64,000 nucleotides of DNA from positions 4,121,751 to 4,185,750 of the forward strand of contig OZ037773.1 of the NCBI GenBank assembly GCA_964035545.1, given 5' to 3'. Under the pieces are notes generated by a model. The model was not told the origin of the DNA and made no database searches. It saw only the letters and a program-made list of their open reading frames with translations. A program made the position numbers and the translations under genes. This document shows positions 17,301 through 31,484 of this stretch, in pieces. The DNA is from Bugula neritina. Its lineage: Eukaryota; Animalia; Bryozoa. Each line of letters opens with the position of its first letter. The stretch's first letter is position 1.

Positions 17301-17815
17301 GGTTTGTCCTTTAAAATGTTGCATTACTTATAAATAAACTATGAAAAATTGATTAACTTATCACATTGGATTAACCATAGATATCATTATTGTGTTTCGT
17401 AAACTTGAAACCTGTTCCACTTGAGACGTAGAGATAACATACATAAAATATAGTCTACGAATTGTACATTTACATAGAAACAGCAAATCCTATTACAAAG
17501 TGTTAAATGGGTCATAAATTTCAAATTACATATTCAATATAATATATTGTATTATTGTACAACATTATTACTAATTAACATGTCATCTTATACAACAGTG
17601 ACTTCAGTAATAAAGAAGTAGCTGTCAAATAATATATACTATAATTATTTCACTATACAGGAAAGAATGTGACTGTAACATGGCATATAGAATGGGACAG
17701 CATTTCAGAAAAAAGTTCCAATGATGCTGAGACTAACTATCAAAGCAACTTGATGACTCCCTGGAGCCTATCAGTTATCATCTTCTCCTTTGCTTGGAAA
17801 TATTTTTTACCTTAG
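14362..17815 (+). CDS. Ig-superfamily cell-surface protein copy A (signal peptide, V-like, C2-like and I/C2 domains, GPI-type tail), 366 aa; exons 14362-14410, 15444-15854, 16125-16232, 16522-16665, 17068-17301, 17661-17815
   Basis: Leader MMLYLSYLMCLFTCISS; Ig cysteine motifs LVCSASG...GKFYCRG, FSCES...LISCR and LDC..VTGNPKP.IFFW...VMCTAGNSLG; hydrophobic C-terminus with no cytoplasmic tail. All introns are phase-1 GT-AG; 1101 nt open. Confidence 0.85.
14978..15138. mobile_element. Short foldback MITE in intron 1 of copy A (duplicate at 34178-34332 in copy D)
   Basis: ~50-bp inverted repeats: ttctataagcagct..gagttggtggtgattgagtgc / gcactcattcacc..aactcagagctgcttatagaa. Confidence 0.7.
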
Positions 17816-19952
17816 GTTTTTTTCTATATCTTTGATATATATGATAAGATGAGTTTAAAGAAGTTTTAGCATTTAATTTTCCAAATGTTATTGAAAATTT
17901 TTGTTAACCAAGTTAATGTAATTACGCTAAGCATGCAAGAACAAATACATAAATATAATATCAGTCATTTCGTTCTTGTAGAATTGTATGCAATCAGAAA
18001 TATAGAAACATATTACGTAACAGAGTGTAAACTTAGTAACCAGATACCATTGTTTTCGACAAGTCCTAATACATTTTTATAATAATCAAGTTATAAAAAG
18101 TCAGTTAAAACATTGATTTTGCCTGGTTTGTTCAATAATAACAATGGTATGTATATAACTACTGTAAGAAACCTCTTAACCTGTATATTGTTTATGAAAG
18201 GTTTGAGAAGTAGCGTTTGTAGAGAGCATTACTTCAGAATAATTACTGTGTACATAATAGAAACAAATATCCTAAACAGAGTTATGTGAACATCTCACAA
18301 TAGAATGATAGAGAAATAACTTTGCTTGTAAAGCATTCTCAACTATAACTCTAGGTCAGCATATAGGCTTGAGTAGTAATCGGTATAACTAACTTTAGTG
18401 CATTAGCTGCCAGAATAGAGTTACACTACAGTTTGAGAGTTGTAGGCATTTTGTAGGAGAGATGTATATGAGGTGCAGGTAGGCTGTTTACCTGCACTAA
18501 CACATGTGCTGGAGAAAAACTGGGACTGTATGGGAGGGCCTGAGTACTTTCTGGGGCTACCTGGGGTTACCCAGTGCTAACTGTTTTGAAAACATAATTT
18601 ACACATAATTTCAATCACTCATCAGTTATAAGATAATAATCAACATTATATCTTCAAAATATTTTTAAACGATTGCTATATATCTATGAACTGTTGATCA
18701 GCTTAGGTTATACTTATTTCTTTGCATTTCGCTGTTTTTAAATGATAAAACAAATTCTTCTCTAGTTTCTATTTTGGGTGCTGTTTAGTAAGCAGGTGAG
18801 AAAATAGTTTGCAAACCTGGTGAGAGACAAGTTTTCTCTGGTTCTATAGTAAAGTGTGAGTTGCTAAAATAGATCGAGTTTAATAATTAACTGGTGGTAA
18901 GTTTGATTGAACATTTTAAGCATTGAGGTTGACATTTCACTTTTTGAGCCTAAATAATTATTAATATTCTTTCAACTGATAAAAAATTTGTAATTTTCCT
19001 ACTACTCAACTTATTTAACAGTATAGGCATCAAGTAATCTGTCTATTTTAAAAAGTTATCACTATTAAAAGTTATTTCGTTAAAAGAGGTTAATTGCATG
19101 CAGGTTGTAGATTATAATATGAGTAAGCGTTTTTTCCACTTTTTACTGCAACTGAATGTTTTAGGAAGATGACTTGTACCTGGTTAACCACAGTTTTAGT
19201 GTTGGCTCTATCTCGCTACACACTTGGTATGTATATATTTCAGGTGTTTTTTTAGGTGTGTTGTAAGTTGTAGTAATTGAGAAGGCAACTTCGAGTCTTC
19301 CAAAATATTTATAAAACCACCAGTTTGATATAAATCTTGTGCTTACATACAGCTGTCAGTACAGTTTTGCAATAATTTTAAATTAAGTTTTAATACATGC
19401 ATGTTCAATAATTAGCTAGCGTTGAAGTATATTTAGATTATGTTTTTGGTATTTATTATAAAGTAAGCAAAATCAGTATTTAACAACAATTAAGCTAAGT
19501 TATTGGCATAGCCAGAAATACGTTATAGCAATGTATGTATTTATCTGTCTCAAAAACATTCATCATTTGAAAAGTACTGTTTATGTATTAATTGTTTATG
19601 ATTCACACGCTATATACCCTTGAATATTAACATAAATCTATATACAGAATCAAGGATGCTTAGACACCTACTATATATATAGGTACTAAAATTAGCATCA
19701 TTCAACTTACACTTTAGCAGTAGCTATATCAAACCTGACTCTCAACGAAATAGCTGTGTGCTAGTTTGCAATCAAGTGTTGTGTACATGCAGGTAAACAT
19801 CCGCAGAGGGTTTTGGACAGACATACTGTTTTATGTATTTAGCTGTTGCTACAATCAGTATATATTGTATTAAAAAATTAAACCTTCTGTATGGATTATT
19901 TTTACGTATAGCTTTTAGTGAAATGTTCAGATGGAAACTTTTTATTTTTTAG

Positions 19953-22660
19953 CACAGCCATCTGCAGAGATAGATTACACTTCTCTAAGCGCACCGGATA
20001 TGTATATAAATGAGAGGATATCTTTCAATTGCAAAGCATCTGGTTATGCTGACATGAGAAGCTTAAGGTTATTAAACGAGGTTGATGGAGACAACACTGT
20101 TTACAGAAGTGGATGCGTTCCAAGTTCTGAAAATGACACAGTATGGGTGAGCTTCTCAACACCAGATATTACAACTGTCTCTGGAGTAGAAGGACCTGGA
20201 GTCAGTGACGCATACTGTAGAGCAGTTGGCAGAGCTGAAGGGTTCGCTCTTTCTGTGACACTCAAGATGACTGATTCGACAATTAGAGGAAAGTTTTACT
20301 GCAGAGGATATGAAGGAAGAGGTGTGGGAGAAGTTGTTTCTCAAGAAATAATGGTAGAACTTAAAGGTATTTAATTAATTTTTTACACTTGGAAAAATTA
20401 AAATAAATGATAAAATATGACTAATTCATATTCAACAAAAATTAGTTCCCTAAGAAATTCAACCAAAGTAGGTTTTTACTGGGTTATTAAAACTTTACCC
20501 ATGGTGCACTATAAGCGTCCACATCACATGAGACATTTTTTCATGAACACTTTTCAACGCTTTTGTAAAAATCATAAGAAGTGGTCACAAAAAAGCAAGC
20601 TGCAATTTTTTGTGGAGCTCAATCATTGAATGGTGTATTAATTTGAGTTAGATCACCATAACTGAAAATAAATTTGATACGCAAAGGGGGGGGGGGTTTG
20701 AAAATGGAGAAATTGGACAAGTTGTGTCTCTATTAACAAAGTTTTAGCTTGTGGACGTCAAAGGTTTGTTTATTTATTATAAAACTATCTACTTTCATGC
20801 ATTAATAATTGTGTATTTGTTATACTTGTGCTGGAAATTGACTGCTTTGTAATGTTGAACTACTGAAAGCTAAAATGAAAGCTACTGTCAAATTTTCAGT
20901 TTTAGGCTTATATTCAAAAGTTATTAAAGATTGTCCTCTTTTGTAAGAGTTTGTTTTTTGCTTTACAGTTGGTCCTCAGAGTTTGAGTCTCAATGCATCT
21001 GATGCAGTAGAAGGTGAAGTTCTAAAGTTTAGTTGTGAGTCCAGAGATGCTAAGCCTATCTCAGTGTATGAGTACAGTAAGTACAAGGTGTACTCTACAT
21101 GATTTAGTTTGTTATATTATTAGCTATAGTTCAATTGTAACTGGCTCTGGTGCCGATTATTCTCTCCACATGTCTTAAATTCATACAACTTTTGTTTTAA
21201 TATGTTTTGCTTTTTTTATTGGCTGCAGCATAACAAACTTGTAGTGCTTTGTACAACCATGGTATTGATATAAGCTCAGAAAACTTTTTTTCTATCCAAT
21301 AATACAATGTTTCACTCATTTTCCTTTCTTATGCTTACACTTTTTTTAATATTATGTAATTTCAGAAGTGAATAACCAGTCAGTCTCTCAGTCTACCTAC
21401 ACTCCTGAGAAAACTGACAGAGATGGAGTGTTGATATCATGTAGAGATATTATTCATACAAACTGGAAAGATGGAAATACTAAAGCTTCAGTTTTGCTCA
21501 AGCCTAAATGTAAGTAATAATTTCTAAACCGATTTCAACCTGTAAACTAGGTACATAAAGCATTGACTCATAGACTTTGCATTTTTTACATTTAGTAATA
21601 TACAGAGAGTTCAATTGGTACCTTCATTTTTACCAGTTGCTTAGGAATAAAATATCAGCTGTAGAAATTTTGTAAGCCAAGTTAAAACTCTGCTATTTTT
21701 TATTTTTGTTCTTAAGAAATTTGCATTATTACATTTTATATGATTGTAAATTCACTAAGAAGATTTAAAAATGCATTCTATGAATTTCTTTTATTATTTT
21801 TGTTTTAAACACAAAATGTTTTCATCTTTGATAATGCATGCAAACCTCCATTTGTCAGTTATACTGATATCTCCTACTGTTACATTATGTTTTTCATTAT
21901 CATGTTTATAGACATTGATGTAAAATCAGAAGTAGAAAATCCAACGACAATACAAGTGATTACTGAAGATGGTGATGTAGAACTAGACTGTGATCTACAT
22001 GTTACAGGAAACCCAAAACCAACCATCTTTTTCTGGGTACGAAACGGGACAGAACAATCAGAAGAGACGAATAACAAGTTACTCCTGACTGCACAGACTG
22101 CTGGTACCAAAGAAACAGTGATGTGTACTGCTGGAAATTCTCTGGGTTTGTCCTTTAAAATGTTGCATTACTTATAAATAAACTATGAAAATTAAATAAC
22201 TTATCAGATTGGATTAACCATATATATCATTACTGTGTTTCGTAAACTTGAAACCTGTTCCACTTGAGACGTAGAGATAACATACATAAAATATAGTCTA
22301 CGAATTGTGCATTTACGTAGAAACAGCGAATCTTATTACAAAGGGGTTACTGGGTCATAAATTTCAAATTACATATTCAACATATTATATTGAATTATTG
22401 TACAACATTATTACTAATTATCATGTCATCTTATACAACAGTGACTTTAGTAATAAAGAAGTAGCTGTCAAATAGTATATACTTTAATAATTCACTATAA
22501 CACAGGAAAGAATGTGACTGTAACATGGCATATAGAATGGAACAGCATTTCAGAAAAAAGTTCCAATGATGCTGAGACTAACTATCAAAGCAACTTGATG
22601 ACTCCCTGCAGTTTATCAGTTATCATCTTCTCCTTCGCTTGGAAATATTTTTTACCTTAG
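19953..22660 (+). CDS. Ig copy B; exons 19953-20366, 20969-21076, 21366-21509, 21912-22145, 22506-22660; leader-like exon (~19736-19792) lacks ATG and contains an in-frame TAG
   Basis: Five open phase-1 exons paralogous to copy A. The start codon could not be identified, so this may be a pseudogene. Confidence 0.7.
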
Positions 22661-24822
22661 GTTTTTTTCTATATCTATGATATATATGAAAAGATGAGTT
22701 TAAAAAAGTTTTACCATTTAAATTTCCAAACTTGTTGAAGGTTTTTCTTAACTAAGTTAATGTAATTACACTAAGCAAGAACAAATACATAGATATAATA
22801 CCAGTCATTTCGTTCTTGTAGAATTGTATGCGATCAGAAATATAGCAACATATTACGTAACAGAGTGTAAACTTAGTAACCAGATACCATTGTTTTTGAC
22901 AAGTCCTACTACATTTTTATAATAATCAAGTTATAAAAAGTCAGTTAAAACATTGATTTTGCCTGGTTTGTTCAATAATAACAATGGTATGTATATAACT
23001 ACTGTAAGAAACCTCTTAACCTGTATATTGTTTTTGAAAGGTTTGAGAAGTAGCGTTTGTAGAGAGCATATCCTCAGAATCACTACTGTGTGTATAGAAG
23101 CAAAATTCCTAAACAGAGTCATGAGAACATCTCACAATAGAATGATAGTGAATAACTTTACTTGTAAAGCATTCTCAACTATAACTCTAGATCAGCATAT
23201 AGGCTTGAGTAGTAATTAGTATAACTAACTTTAGTGCATTAGCTGCCAGAATAGAGTTACACTACAGTTTGAGAGTTGTAAGAATTTTATAGCAGATACA
23301 TATGAGGTGCAGGTAGGCTGTTCACCTGCACTAACACGTGTATTAGAGAGAAACTGAGACTGTATGGGAGGGCCTGAGTACTTTCTGGGGCTACCTGGGC
23401 TTACCCAGTGCTAATTGTTTTGGAAACATAATTTAAACATAATTTCAATCACTCATCAGTTATAAGATAACAATCAACATTATATCTTCAAAATATTTTT
23501 AAATGATTGTTGATACATTTTTCTACATATTACACAACAATACACAGTGTGTTTTAATTTGGTATATATCTATGAGCTGTTGCTCAGCTCAAGTTATACT
23601 TATTTCTTTGTATTTCGCTGTTTTCAACTGATAAAACAATTTCTTCTCCAGTCTCTACTTCGGACACTGTTTAGTAAGCAGGTGAGAAGTTAATTTGTAA
23701 ACCTAATGAGAGACAAGTTTTCTCTGGCTTTATAGTAAAGTGTGAGTTGCTAAAACAGAGTTTAATAATCAACTGGTGGTAATTTTGAATGAATATTTCA
23801 AGCATTGAGGTTGACATTTGACTTTTTGAGCCTAAATAATTATTAATATTCTTTCAACTGATAAAAAGTTTGTAGTTTTCCTACTACTCAACTTATTTAA
23901 CAGTATAGGTATTAGGTAATCTGTCTATTTTAAAAAGTTATCACTATTAAAAGTTATTTCGTTGAAAGAAGTTAATTGCATGCAGGTTGTAGATTATAGT
24001 ATGAGTAAGGGTTTTTTCCACTTTTCACTGCAACTTAATGTTTTAGGAAGATGACTTGTACCTGGTTAACCACAGTTTTAGTGTTAGTTCTATCTTGCTA
24101 CACACTTGGTATGTATATATTTCAGGTGTTTCTTTAGGTGTGTTGTAAGTTGTAGTAATTGAGAAGGCAACTCCAAGTCTTACAAAATATTTATAAGACC
24201 ACCAGTTTGATATAAATCTTATGCTTACATACAGCTGTCAGTACAGTTTTGCAATAATTTTAAATTAAATTCTAATACATGCATGTTTAATAATTAGCTA
24301 ACGTTAAAGTATATTTAGATTATAGTTTTGGTATTTATTATAAAGTAAACAAAATCAGTATTTAACAACAAGCTAAGTTTTTGGCATCGTCAGAAATACG
24401 TTATAGCAAAGTATGTATTTATGTGTCTCAAAAACATTGATCATTTGAAAAGTACTGTTTACGTATTAATTGTTAATTATTCACACGCTAAATACCCTTG
24501 GATATAACATAAATCTATATACAGAATCAAGGATGTTTAGACACCTACTCTATATATAGGTACTAAAATTAGCATCATTCAACTTGCACTTTAGCAGTAG
24601 CTATATCAAACCTGACTCTCAACAGAATAGCTGTGCTAGTTTGCAATAAAGTGTTGTGTATAGGTAAACATCCGCATATGGATTTGGACAGACACACTGC
24701 TTTATGTATTTAGCTGTTGCAACACTCAGTATGTATATGTTATATTTAAAAATAAGTCTTCTGTATGGATGATTCCTACATAGCTCTTAGTGAAATGTCT
24801 GATGGAAACTTTTTATGTTTAG

Positions 24823-27729
24823 CACAGCCATCTGCAGAGATAGATTACACTTCTGTAAGCGCACCGGATATGTATATAAATGAGAGGATAACTTTCAATT
24901 GCAAAGCATCTGGTTATGCTGACCTGAGAAGCTTAAGGTTATCATACGAGGTTGATGGAGACAACACCGTTTACAGAAGTGGGTGTATTCCAAATACTGA
25001 AGATAACACAGTGTGGCAAGGTTCATCAACACCAGATATTACAACTGTCTCTGGAGTAGAAGGACCTAAAGTCAGTAACGCATACTGTAGAGCAGTTGGC
25101 AGAGCTGAAGGGTTCACTATTTCTGTGACAATCAAGATGACTGATCCGACAATTAGAGGAAAGTTTTACTGCAGAGGATTCGAAGGAAGAGGTGTGGGAG
25201 AAGTTGTTTCTCAAGAAATATTGGTAGAACTTAAAGGTATTTAATTAATTTTTTACACCTGGAAAAATTAAGATAAATGATAAAAGATGACTAATTCATA
25301 CTCAACAAAAAATAGTTTCCTAAGCAATTCAACCAAAGTATAAGTTTTTACTGGGTTATTACAACTTTACCCATGGTGCACTATAAGTGTCCACATCACA
25401 TGAGACATCTTTCCATGAATACTTTTTAATAAACTCACGCAAGTTTATAGTCGCTATCCCTGTGAGAAACCCCTGTTGGAAAGGTTTTTTATTAAAACGG
25501 GTTAAGAACTTGTTTAAATGAGGCACAGGAGCAATTATGACTGGATGCTCTTCCTAACATCACCAATGGCCTTTGTCTGGGCTCGAACCCATGACCTTGG
25601 TGTTTACTAGGCAAACGCTCTAACCCTTAGACCACGGCTGCTTCATGAATACTTTTTAATGCATTTGTAAAAATCATAAGAAGCAGTCACAAAAAAGCAA
25701 ACTGCAAATTTTTGTGGAACGCAATCATTGAATGATGTATTAATTTGAGTTAGATGACCATAACTGAAAATAAATTTGATATGCAAAAGGGGGGGGGGAG
25801 TTTGAAAATGGAGAATTTGGAGAAATTGTGTCTCCTACAAAGTTTGAGCTTGTAGACGTCAAAGGTTTGTTTATTTAGTATAAAACTATCTACTTCCATG
25901 ATTCTTTAGTAATTGTGTATTTATTATACGTGTGCTCTAAATTGACTGCTTTGTAATGTTGAACAACTAGAAGCTAAAATAAAAGCCACTGGTAAATTTT
26001 CAGTTTTATGCTTATGTTCAGAAGATATTAAGGATTGTCATTTTTTGTAACAGTTAGTTTTTTGCTTTACAGTTGGTCCTCAAAGTTTGATTCTCAATGC
26101 ATCTGATGCAGTAGAAGGTGAAGTTCTAAGCTTTAGTTGCGAGTCCAGAGATGCTAAGCCTATCTCAGTGTATGAGTACAGTAAGTACAAGGTGTACTAT
26201 ACATGTTTTAGTCTATTATATTATTAGCTAAAATTCAATTGTAACTGGCTTTGGTGCCGATTATTCTCTCCACATATTATCTTAAATTCATACAACTTTT
26301 GTTTTAACAGGTTTTGCTTTTTTATTGGCTGCAGCATAACAAACTTGTAGTGCTTTATACAACCATGGTATTGATATAAGCTCAGAGAACTCTTTTCTAT
26401 TCAATAATACAATGTTTCACTCATTTTCCTTTCTTATGCTTTCACTTTTTTTAATATTATGTAATTTCAGAAGTGAATAACCAGTCAGTCTCTCAGCCTA
26501 CCTATACTCCTGAGAAAGCTGACAGAGATGGAGTGTTGATGTCATGTAGAGATATTATTCATACAAACTGGAAAAATGGAAATACTGAAGCTTCAGTTTT
26601 GCTCAAGCCTAAATGTAAGTAATAATTTCTATACCTATATCAACTTGTACACTAGGTACATAAAGCATTGACTCATAGACTTTGCATTTTTTACATTTAG
26701 TGATATACAGAGAGTTGAATTGGTACCTTCATACTCACCAGTTGCTTATGATTAAATATCAGCTGTAGAGGTTTTGCAAGTCAATTTGAAACTCTGCTAT
26801 TTTTTATTTTTGAACTTAGGAATTTTGCATTTGCATTTTAAATGATTGTAAATTCACTAATAAGATTTAAAAATGCATTCTATAAACTTTTTATTATTTT
26901 TGGCTTAAACACAAAATGTTTTCATCATTGATAATGCATGCAAACCTCCATTTGTCAGTTATACTAAAATCTCCCACTGTTACATTAGGTTTGTCATTAT
27001 CATGTTTATAGACATCGATGTAAAATCAGAAGTAGAAAATCCAATGACAATACAAGTGATTACTGAAGATGGCGCTGTAGAACTAGACTGTGATCTACAT
27101 GTTACAGGAAACCCATAACCAACCATCTTTTTCTGGGTACGAAACGGGACTGAACAATCAGAAGAGACAAATAACAAGTTACTCTTGACTGCACAGACTG
27201 CTGGTACCAAAGAAACAGTGATGTGTACTGCTGGAAATTCTCTGGGTTTGTCCTTTAAAATGTTGCATTACTTAAAAATAAATCATGAAAAATTATTTAA
27301 TTTTTTATATCGGATTAACCATAGATATCATTACTGTGTTTCGTAAACTTGAAACCTGTTCCACTTGAGACGTAGAGATAACATACATAAATTATAGTCT
27401 ACGGATTGTACATTTACATAGAAACAGCAAATCCTATTACAAAGAATTCAATATAATATATTGAATTAGTGTACAACATTATTACTAATTACCATGTCAT
27501 CTTATACAACAGTGACTTCAGTATTAAGGAAGTAGCTGTCAAATAATATATACTATAATTATTTCACTATACAGGGAAGAATGTGACTGTAACATGGCAT
27601 ATAGAATGGGACAGCATTTCAGAACAAAGTTCCAATGATGCTGAGACTAACTATCAAACCAACTTGATGACTCCCTGCAGTTTATCAGTTATCATCTTCT
27701 CCTTCGCTTGGAAATATTTTTTACCTTAG
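24823..27729 (+). pseudogene. Ig copy C with a premature stop in domain 3; exons 24823-25236, 26073-26180, 26471-26614, 27012-27245, 27575-27729
   Basis: GNP-AAA changed to TAA at 27116-27118. The leader-like exon is open and in phase but has no ATG. Confidence 0.75.
25431..25643 (-). mobile_element. tRNA-derived SINE (tRNA-Thr(AGT)-like head) in intron 2 of copy C
   Basis: 17-bp TSD catgaatactttttaat (25414-25430 and 25644-25660). The minus strand has A box TGGTCTAAGGG, B box GGTTCGAGCCC and the loop ctAGTaa. The site is empty in paralogues B and E. Confidence 0.88.
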
Positions 27730-27954
27730 GCTTTTTTCTATATTGTTGATATATTATACGGAAAGATAAGTTTAAAGACATTTTACCATTTAATTTTCCA
27801 AGTGTTATTGAAGATTTTTTGTTAATTAAGTTAATGTAATTACACTAAGCAAGAACAAATACATAGATATAATATCAGCCATTTCGTTCTTGTAGAATTG
27901 TATGCGATCAGAAATATAGCAAAATATTGTTATAATTCTTCGAATTATAATATT

Positions 27955-28858
27955 TGTTGTGGGTTCAACTGCACTGCACTTGCTCGATTTGTACTCTCAA
28001 ACACAGGAAAAGTAGGAGGAGAGGGATATTATATTTAATACAGTATATACAAGTCAAAACAAATACATTACTCTATAATACACAAAACATACGTATACTT
28101 CTTTCGTATTAAACATTATACTACGAACTTCCTGCCCCTAAGCTAATTGTAACTGTCTGGAAGCGTCCTGCTTCACCGGGGGGGGGGGGGGGGGGGGTGA
28201 AGGTAGGCGGTAGAGGTCGCCCATCAGTTGAGACTGGAACTGAGCGTCTTGGTCAGAATTTATCTGTTTGGGGAGGCTGTGGTATGAAAGTATAAAGTGG
28301 TTGGTTAATACTAGAATCCAGCTGTTGTCTCTGGGAGTCAGGGGCATGGGTCCGACCAGGTCGACAGCTACTACTTGCCACCGCCGTCCAGCATATAACC
28401 TTCGCCGTCCCGCTTCACCAGGGAGACAACCATGCTTGCTGGCCTGGCAGATCTCACGCTGCTTCACTCTGAGTCGGACATCGCGCCCCATCGTGGGCCA
28501 ACATCACCAAAGTTGTAATTTGGAGAGCACCTTCTGGACACCTGTGTGAGCCTGTTTGTGAGTGTCCCAAATTAACTCGCGGCGTATAGCAGCGGAACAG
28601 ACAACCCTCTTTCTCTCGGGGTGTCTGCCATGGGCGGCTAGAAAAATGTTCAGCAGACCATTCTGCCCGATCCTCAGTGAGTCCCAACGTTGGCAGAACA
28701 GCCGAAATTCGGTGCATCCTTGCTTAAGTTGTTCCTCGCTGGGTCGTCGCCCTTCCTTTTTGAACCGATATACGTCTGCCACTATTTTAGGCAGGTTTTC
28801 TTGAAGCCTCCTCAGCTCCTGGGCGTTATCGGCCAAAACAGGGTTGGCGCGGAGATTC
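27955..28858 (-). mobile_element. Truncated Gypsy LTR-retrotransposon remnant (integrase Zn-binding domain, start of the core, probable partial LTR)
   Basis: WDTHKQAHTGVQKVL..LQLW, ICQASK and WQVVAVDLVGPMPLTPRDNSWILVLTNHF. It is homologous to 53290-53740, and the minus strand ends ...cccacaaca, like the other element's LTR end. Confidence 0.85.
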
Positions 28859-29058
28859 TGTACAAGAGCCAGTTTACTTCATTTAGTACACACCAGCAGC
28901 TTATGACCTAACATTAAAGTTTGCTCAAAATCAATTGAAATTTGCTATACATGATATTTTTATGTGCTTGTTTTAACTACGCATAACAGAAAAGGCTGGA
29001 AGGGGATTCCCCAACATTAAAGCACAGGTCATTTTCATATGCACTAAATCTTCTATAT

Positions 29059-29288
29059 GTGGGACGTTACGAAAAAATCGTAACGGTCCGTAACCAAAAC
29101 TAGCTGAATAATTAGGGAAAAACATGGGAAATGAAGCGAAATTAAAAAGAACTCTGATTATTTAGGTGTATATATTAGTGCTTTACTAGTTTTGGCTAAA
29201 ACATCCATATCAATTAGCAGTAAAAGTGTGAAAAATAGCTAAAAACTGAAAATATTTAGTGTGTACTAAATTCAGTATAATGTCCCAC
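29059..29288. mobile_element. MITE related to the 5808-6229 family, at the duplication junction
   Basis: The right arm matches 6050-6229 (tttaggtgta...tttactagttttgg...gtgtactaaatt). Termini are gtgggacgtta / taatgtcccac. Confidence 0.7.
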
Positions 29289-29496
29289 GTATGCATAACT
29301 CAATTTAGCTGATTATCATTCATACTAATTTAATTTGTATAAATCTGTTGCTTATTTATAGTATTGAGTTTCACACTTCTTGCCATATCCTGACCGGGTG
29401 GCAGGATTAGGTTTCACATTCACTGCCAGTAGACTTTGCCTATTTCAGGTGTCGACTCTTATCTTTGTAAGGAGGTTTTTTCTTGTGATTTGTAGA

Positions 29497-31484
29497 AGAT
29501 AATGAAAGTTGATTCTAACAGGAAGTGGTTTATGAAGACGGGGGAAAGAGATTTATTACTTGTATACTAAACAAGGCTCAAAGGGTGAGCACGTCTTCTA
29601 GTAACAGTATGTTTCACACATGGTATGGGTTAGTAGGAGAACATGGTGGAGTGGATGTTGCTGTATGGTGTAGCTTAGTTTGTGTTCTGTTGTACATCGC
29701 ATTGTAATGTAGTGGGAAGTATGTACTCTAGTGTAGTATATCGTAGCATACTGTAATATCTTGTATTATAGTCACTATAGTGTAATATATTATAGCTTAG
29801 TGTAATTTACTGTAGTATGTTGTAATATAGTGAAATATATTGTAGTATATGGTGTAATACTTTTAGGATCCCTCTGATTTCCTCTTAGCTATGGATAAGT
29901 TAGAAGAATTTATTCTGATTGAATCAAATTTTGACACTTTAAAGGCAGAGCTTGGAATGCGAGGGGTAAGTATACGTACTGTACGTATACTTACTGTGAG
30001 TATACGTACTGTACGTATATGTACTGTAAGTATATGTACTGTAAGTATATGTACTGTAAGTATATATCATGTGAGTATTTACTGTATGTATTTACTGTAA
30101 ATATATGTACTGTAAGTATATGTTTTGTATGTATATTTACTATCTTGCAGGTAAAATGCTTTCTGTAAGAAGTTAATGTGCAGAATATATTCAGTGGTGA
30201 TCTGCAGAATGTATTCAGTGGTTATATGCTGAATATATTCAATGGTAATCTGCTGAATGTATTCAGTGGTAATCTGAAGAATGTATTCAGTGGTAATCTG
30301 CAGAATGTATTCAGCGGTAAATATGAGATAAGAAAGAGCCTCAATTGACTGAATTTTTTCATTCGGTTTTTGTTCAGCGTTTTGCCGTAAATGATTCACG
30401 TTGTCCTTCTTGGCTGCTCCAACAGTTATAGATTCATGGGAGTTGATTCTAAATGTGATTATTGTAGTATCCTGACGGCTTCATATCCAAATTCTACGCC
30501 ATATCAGAGTCTGTCAGTCCCATACTAGCATGGGCCTTTCTTGGACTTGACAGCGATGTTAAATCAGCTTGCATGTGCTTTAAGGTGCTCCCTCATTCTT
30601 ATTCATGATTCATTATATAATAACTATTTTCATAAGTTCCATTATTTTCAGTTCTTCATAAAGGGAGATTTTCTATTCTATTGTTAACCAGAGCTCTGTA
30701 TAGGATCACATTTCAAACTAACTACTTTTTTGCTGCTAGAAAATAAAAATATTCATTTATTTTTGCAGTTAAAACGCCTAAAAATACTGTAGGTAAATTT
30801 TTACACGTAAAGCTTATGATATTTTAAAAACAATTAGATTCTAGGCAAAAGAATCTTAAATAAAGTGGCATTGCTAAAAGTCAAACAGACATTTAAAGCT
30901 TATTGACTGAGAAATAATGCAGTTTAGAGTTATCCATTATACTAGATTGTAACTTTGAGTTATGTGAAAAAGGCTAACAAGTATCTCATAGACAGTTAAT
31001 GGAGTGGTGTGAGTGCTAATAGGTCTGGTATACAGTGAACCCTTTATATGTTTATTTCTTTTCATATAAACTGCTTTCACTTAAAAAATAATAAGTTATA
31101 ATTCTTGAATTTGTTTTGTTTTTTAACAGAATAATAGCAGTTTATTTAGGCTGCATTTCTCACAATGTAATGTTATAAGACGGATTTTTATTTAAATAAT
31201 TTGCCTTGAGTAAATCTAAGCTATTGAGTTATATTTGTAAAAGAAATGCTGGCCACTTCTAACTATGTACTTTTTGACGTCATTCCATGCCCTGTTATGA
31301 AGCTTCTGCCTTGTCGTGTTTCATGTAGTTTTAATGTTTCTAGAATCATAGTCTGGGCTTCATACAAGACTTATTCAATCAGGATACTGTGAGATACTCA
31401 GTTTATGAAGAAATAACTTCAGATATCATGTCAGCAGCCAGATGTAGAGCTGATAGTATTTTATCTGTGATAGACAATTCCTAA
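29497..31484 (+). pseudogene. Duplicated 3' fragment of MIGA (copies of exons 6-10)
   Basis: No 5' exons. There is a +2 G frameshift at ~29540, and a ~340-bp deletion at ~30162 removes almost all of exon 8. Confidence 0.92.
30179..30322. repeat. 24-bp minisatellite, ~6 copies (2 copies at 11706-11753)
   Basis: Unit tgcagaatgtattcagtggtaatc. Confidence 0.85.

Noticed and set aside
18473-18575. Small palindromes (gtgcaggta...tacctgcac; ctggggttacccag) repeated in each unit's intergenic DNA
   Set aside because: Recurrence is explained by the recent duplications, with no evidence of specific conservation.
19931-19952. In-frame ATGs just before the V exons of B (19931) and C (24765) as true starts
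   Set aside because: They lie in the polypyrimidine/acceptor region, are not conserved in frame between copies, and give no signal peptide.
25570-25643. tRNA gene
   Set aside because: The acceptor stem is not intact, and the sequence is the head of a TSD-flanked SINE.
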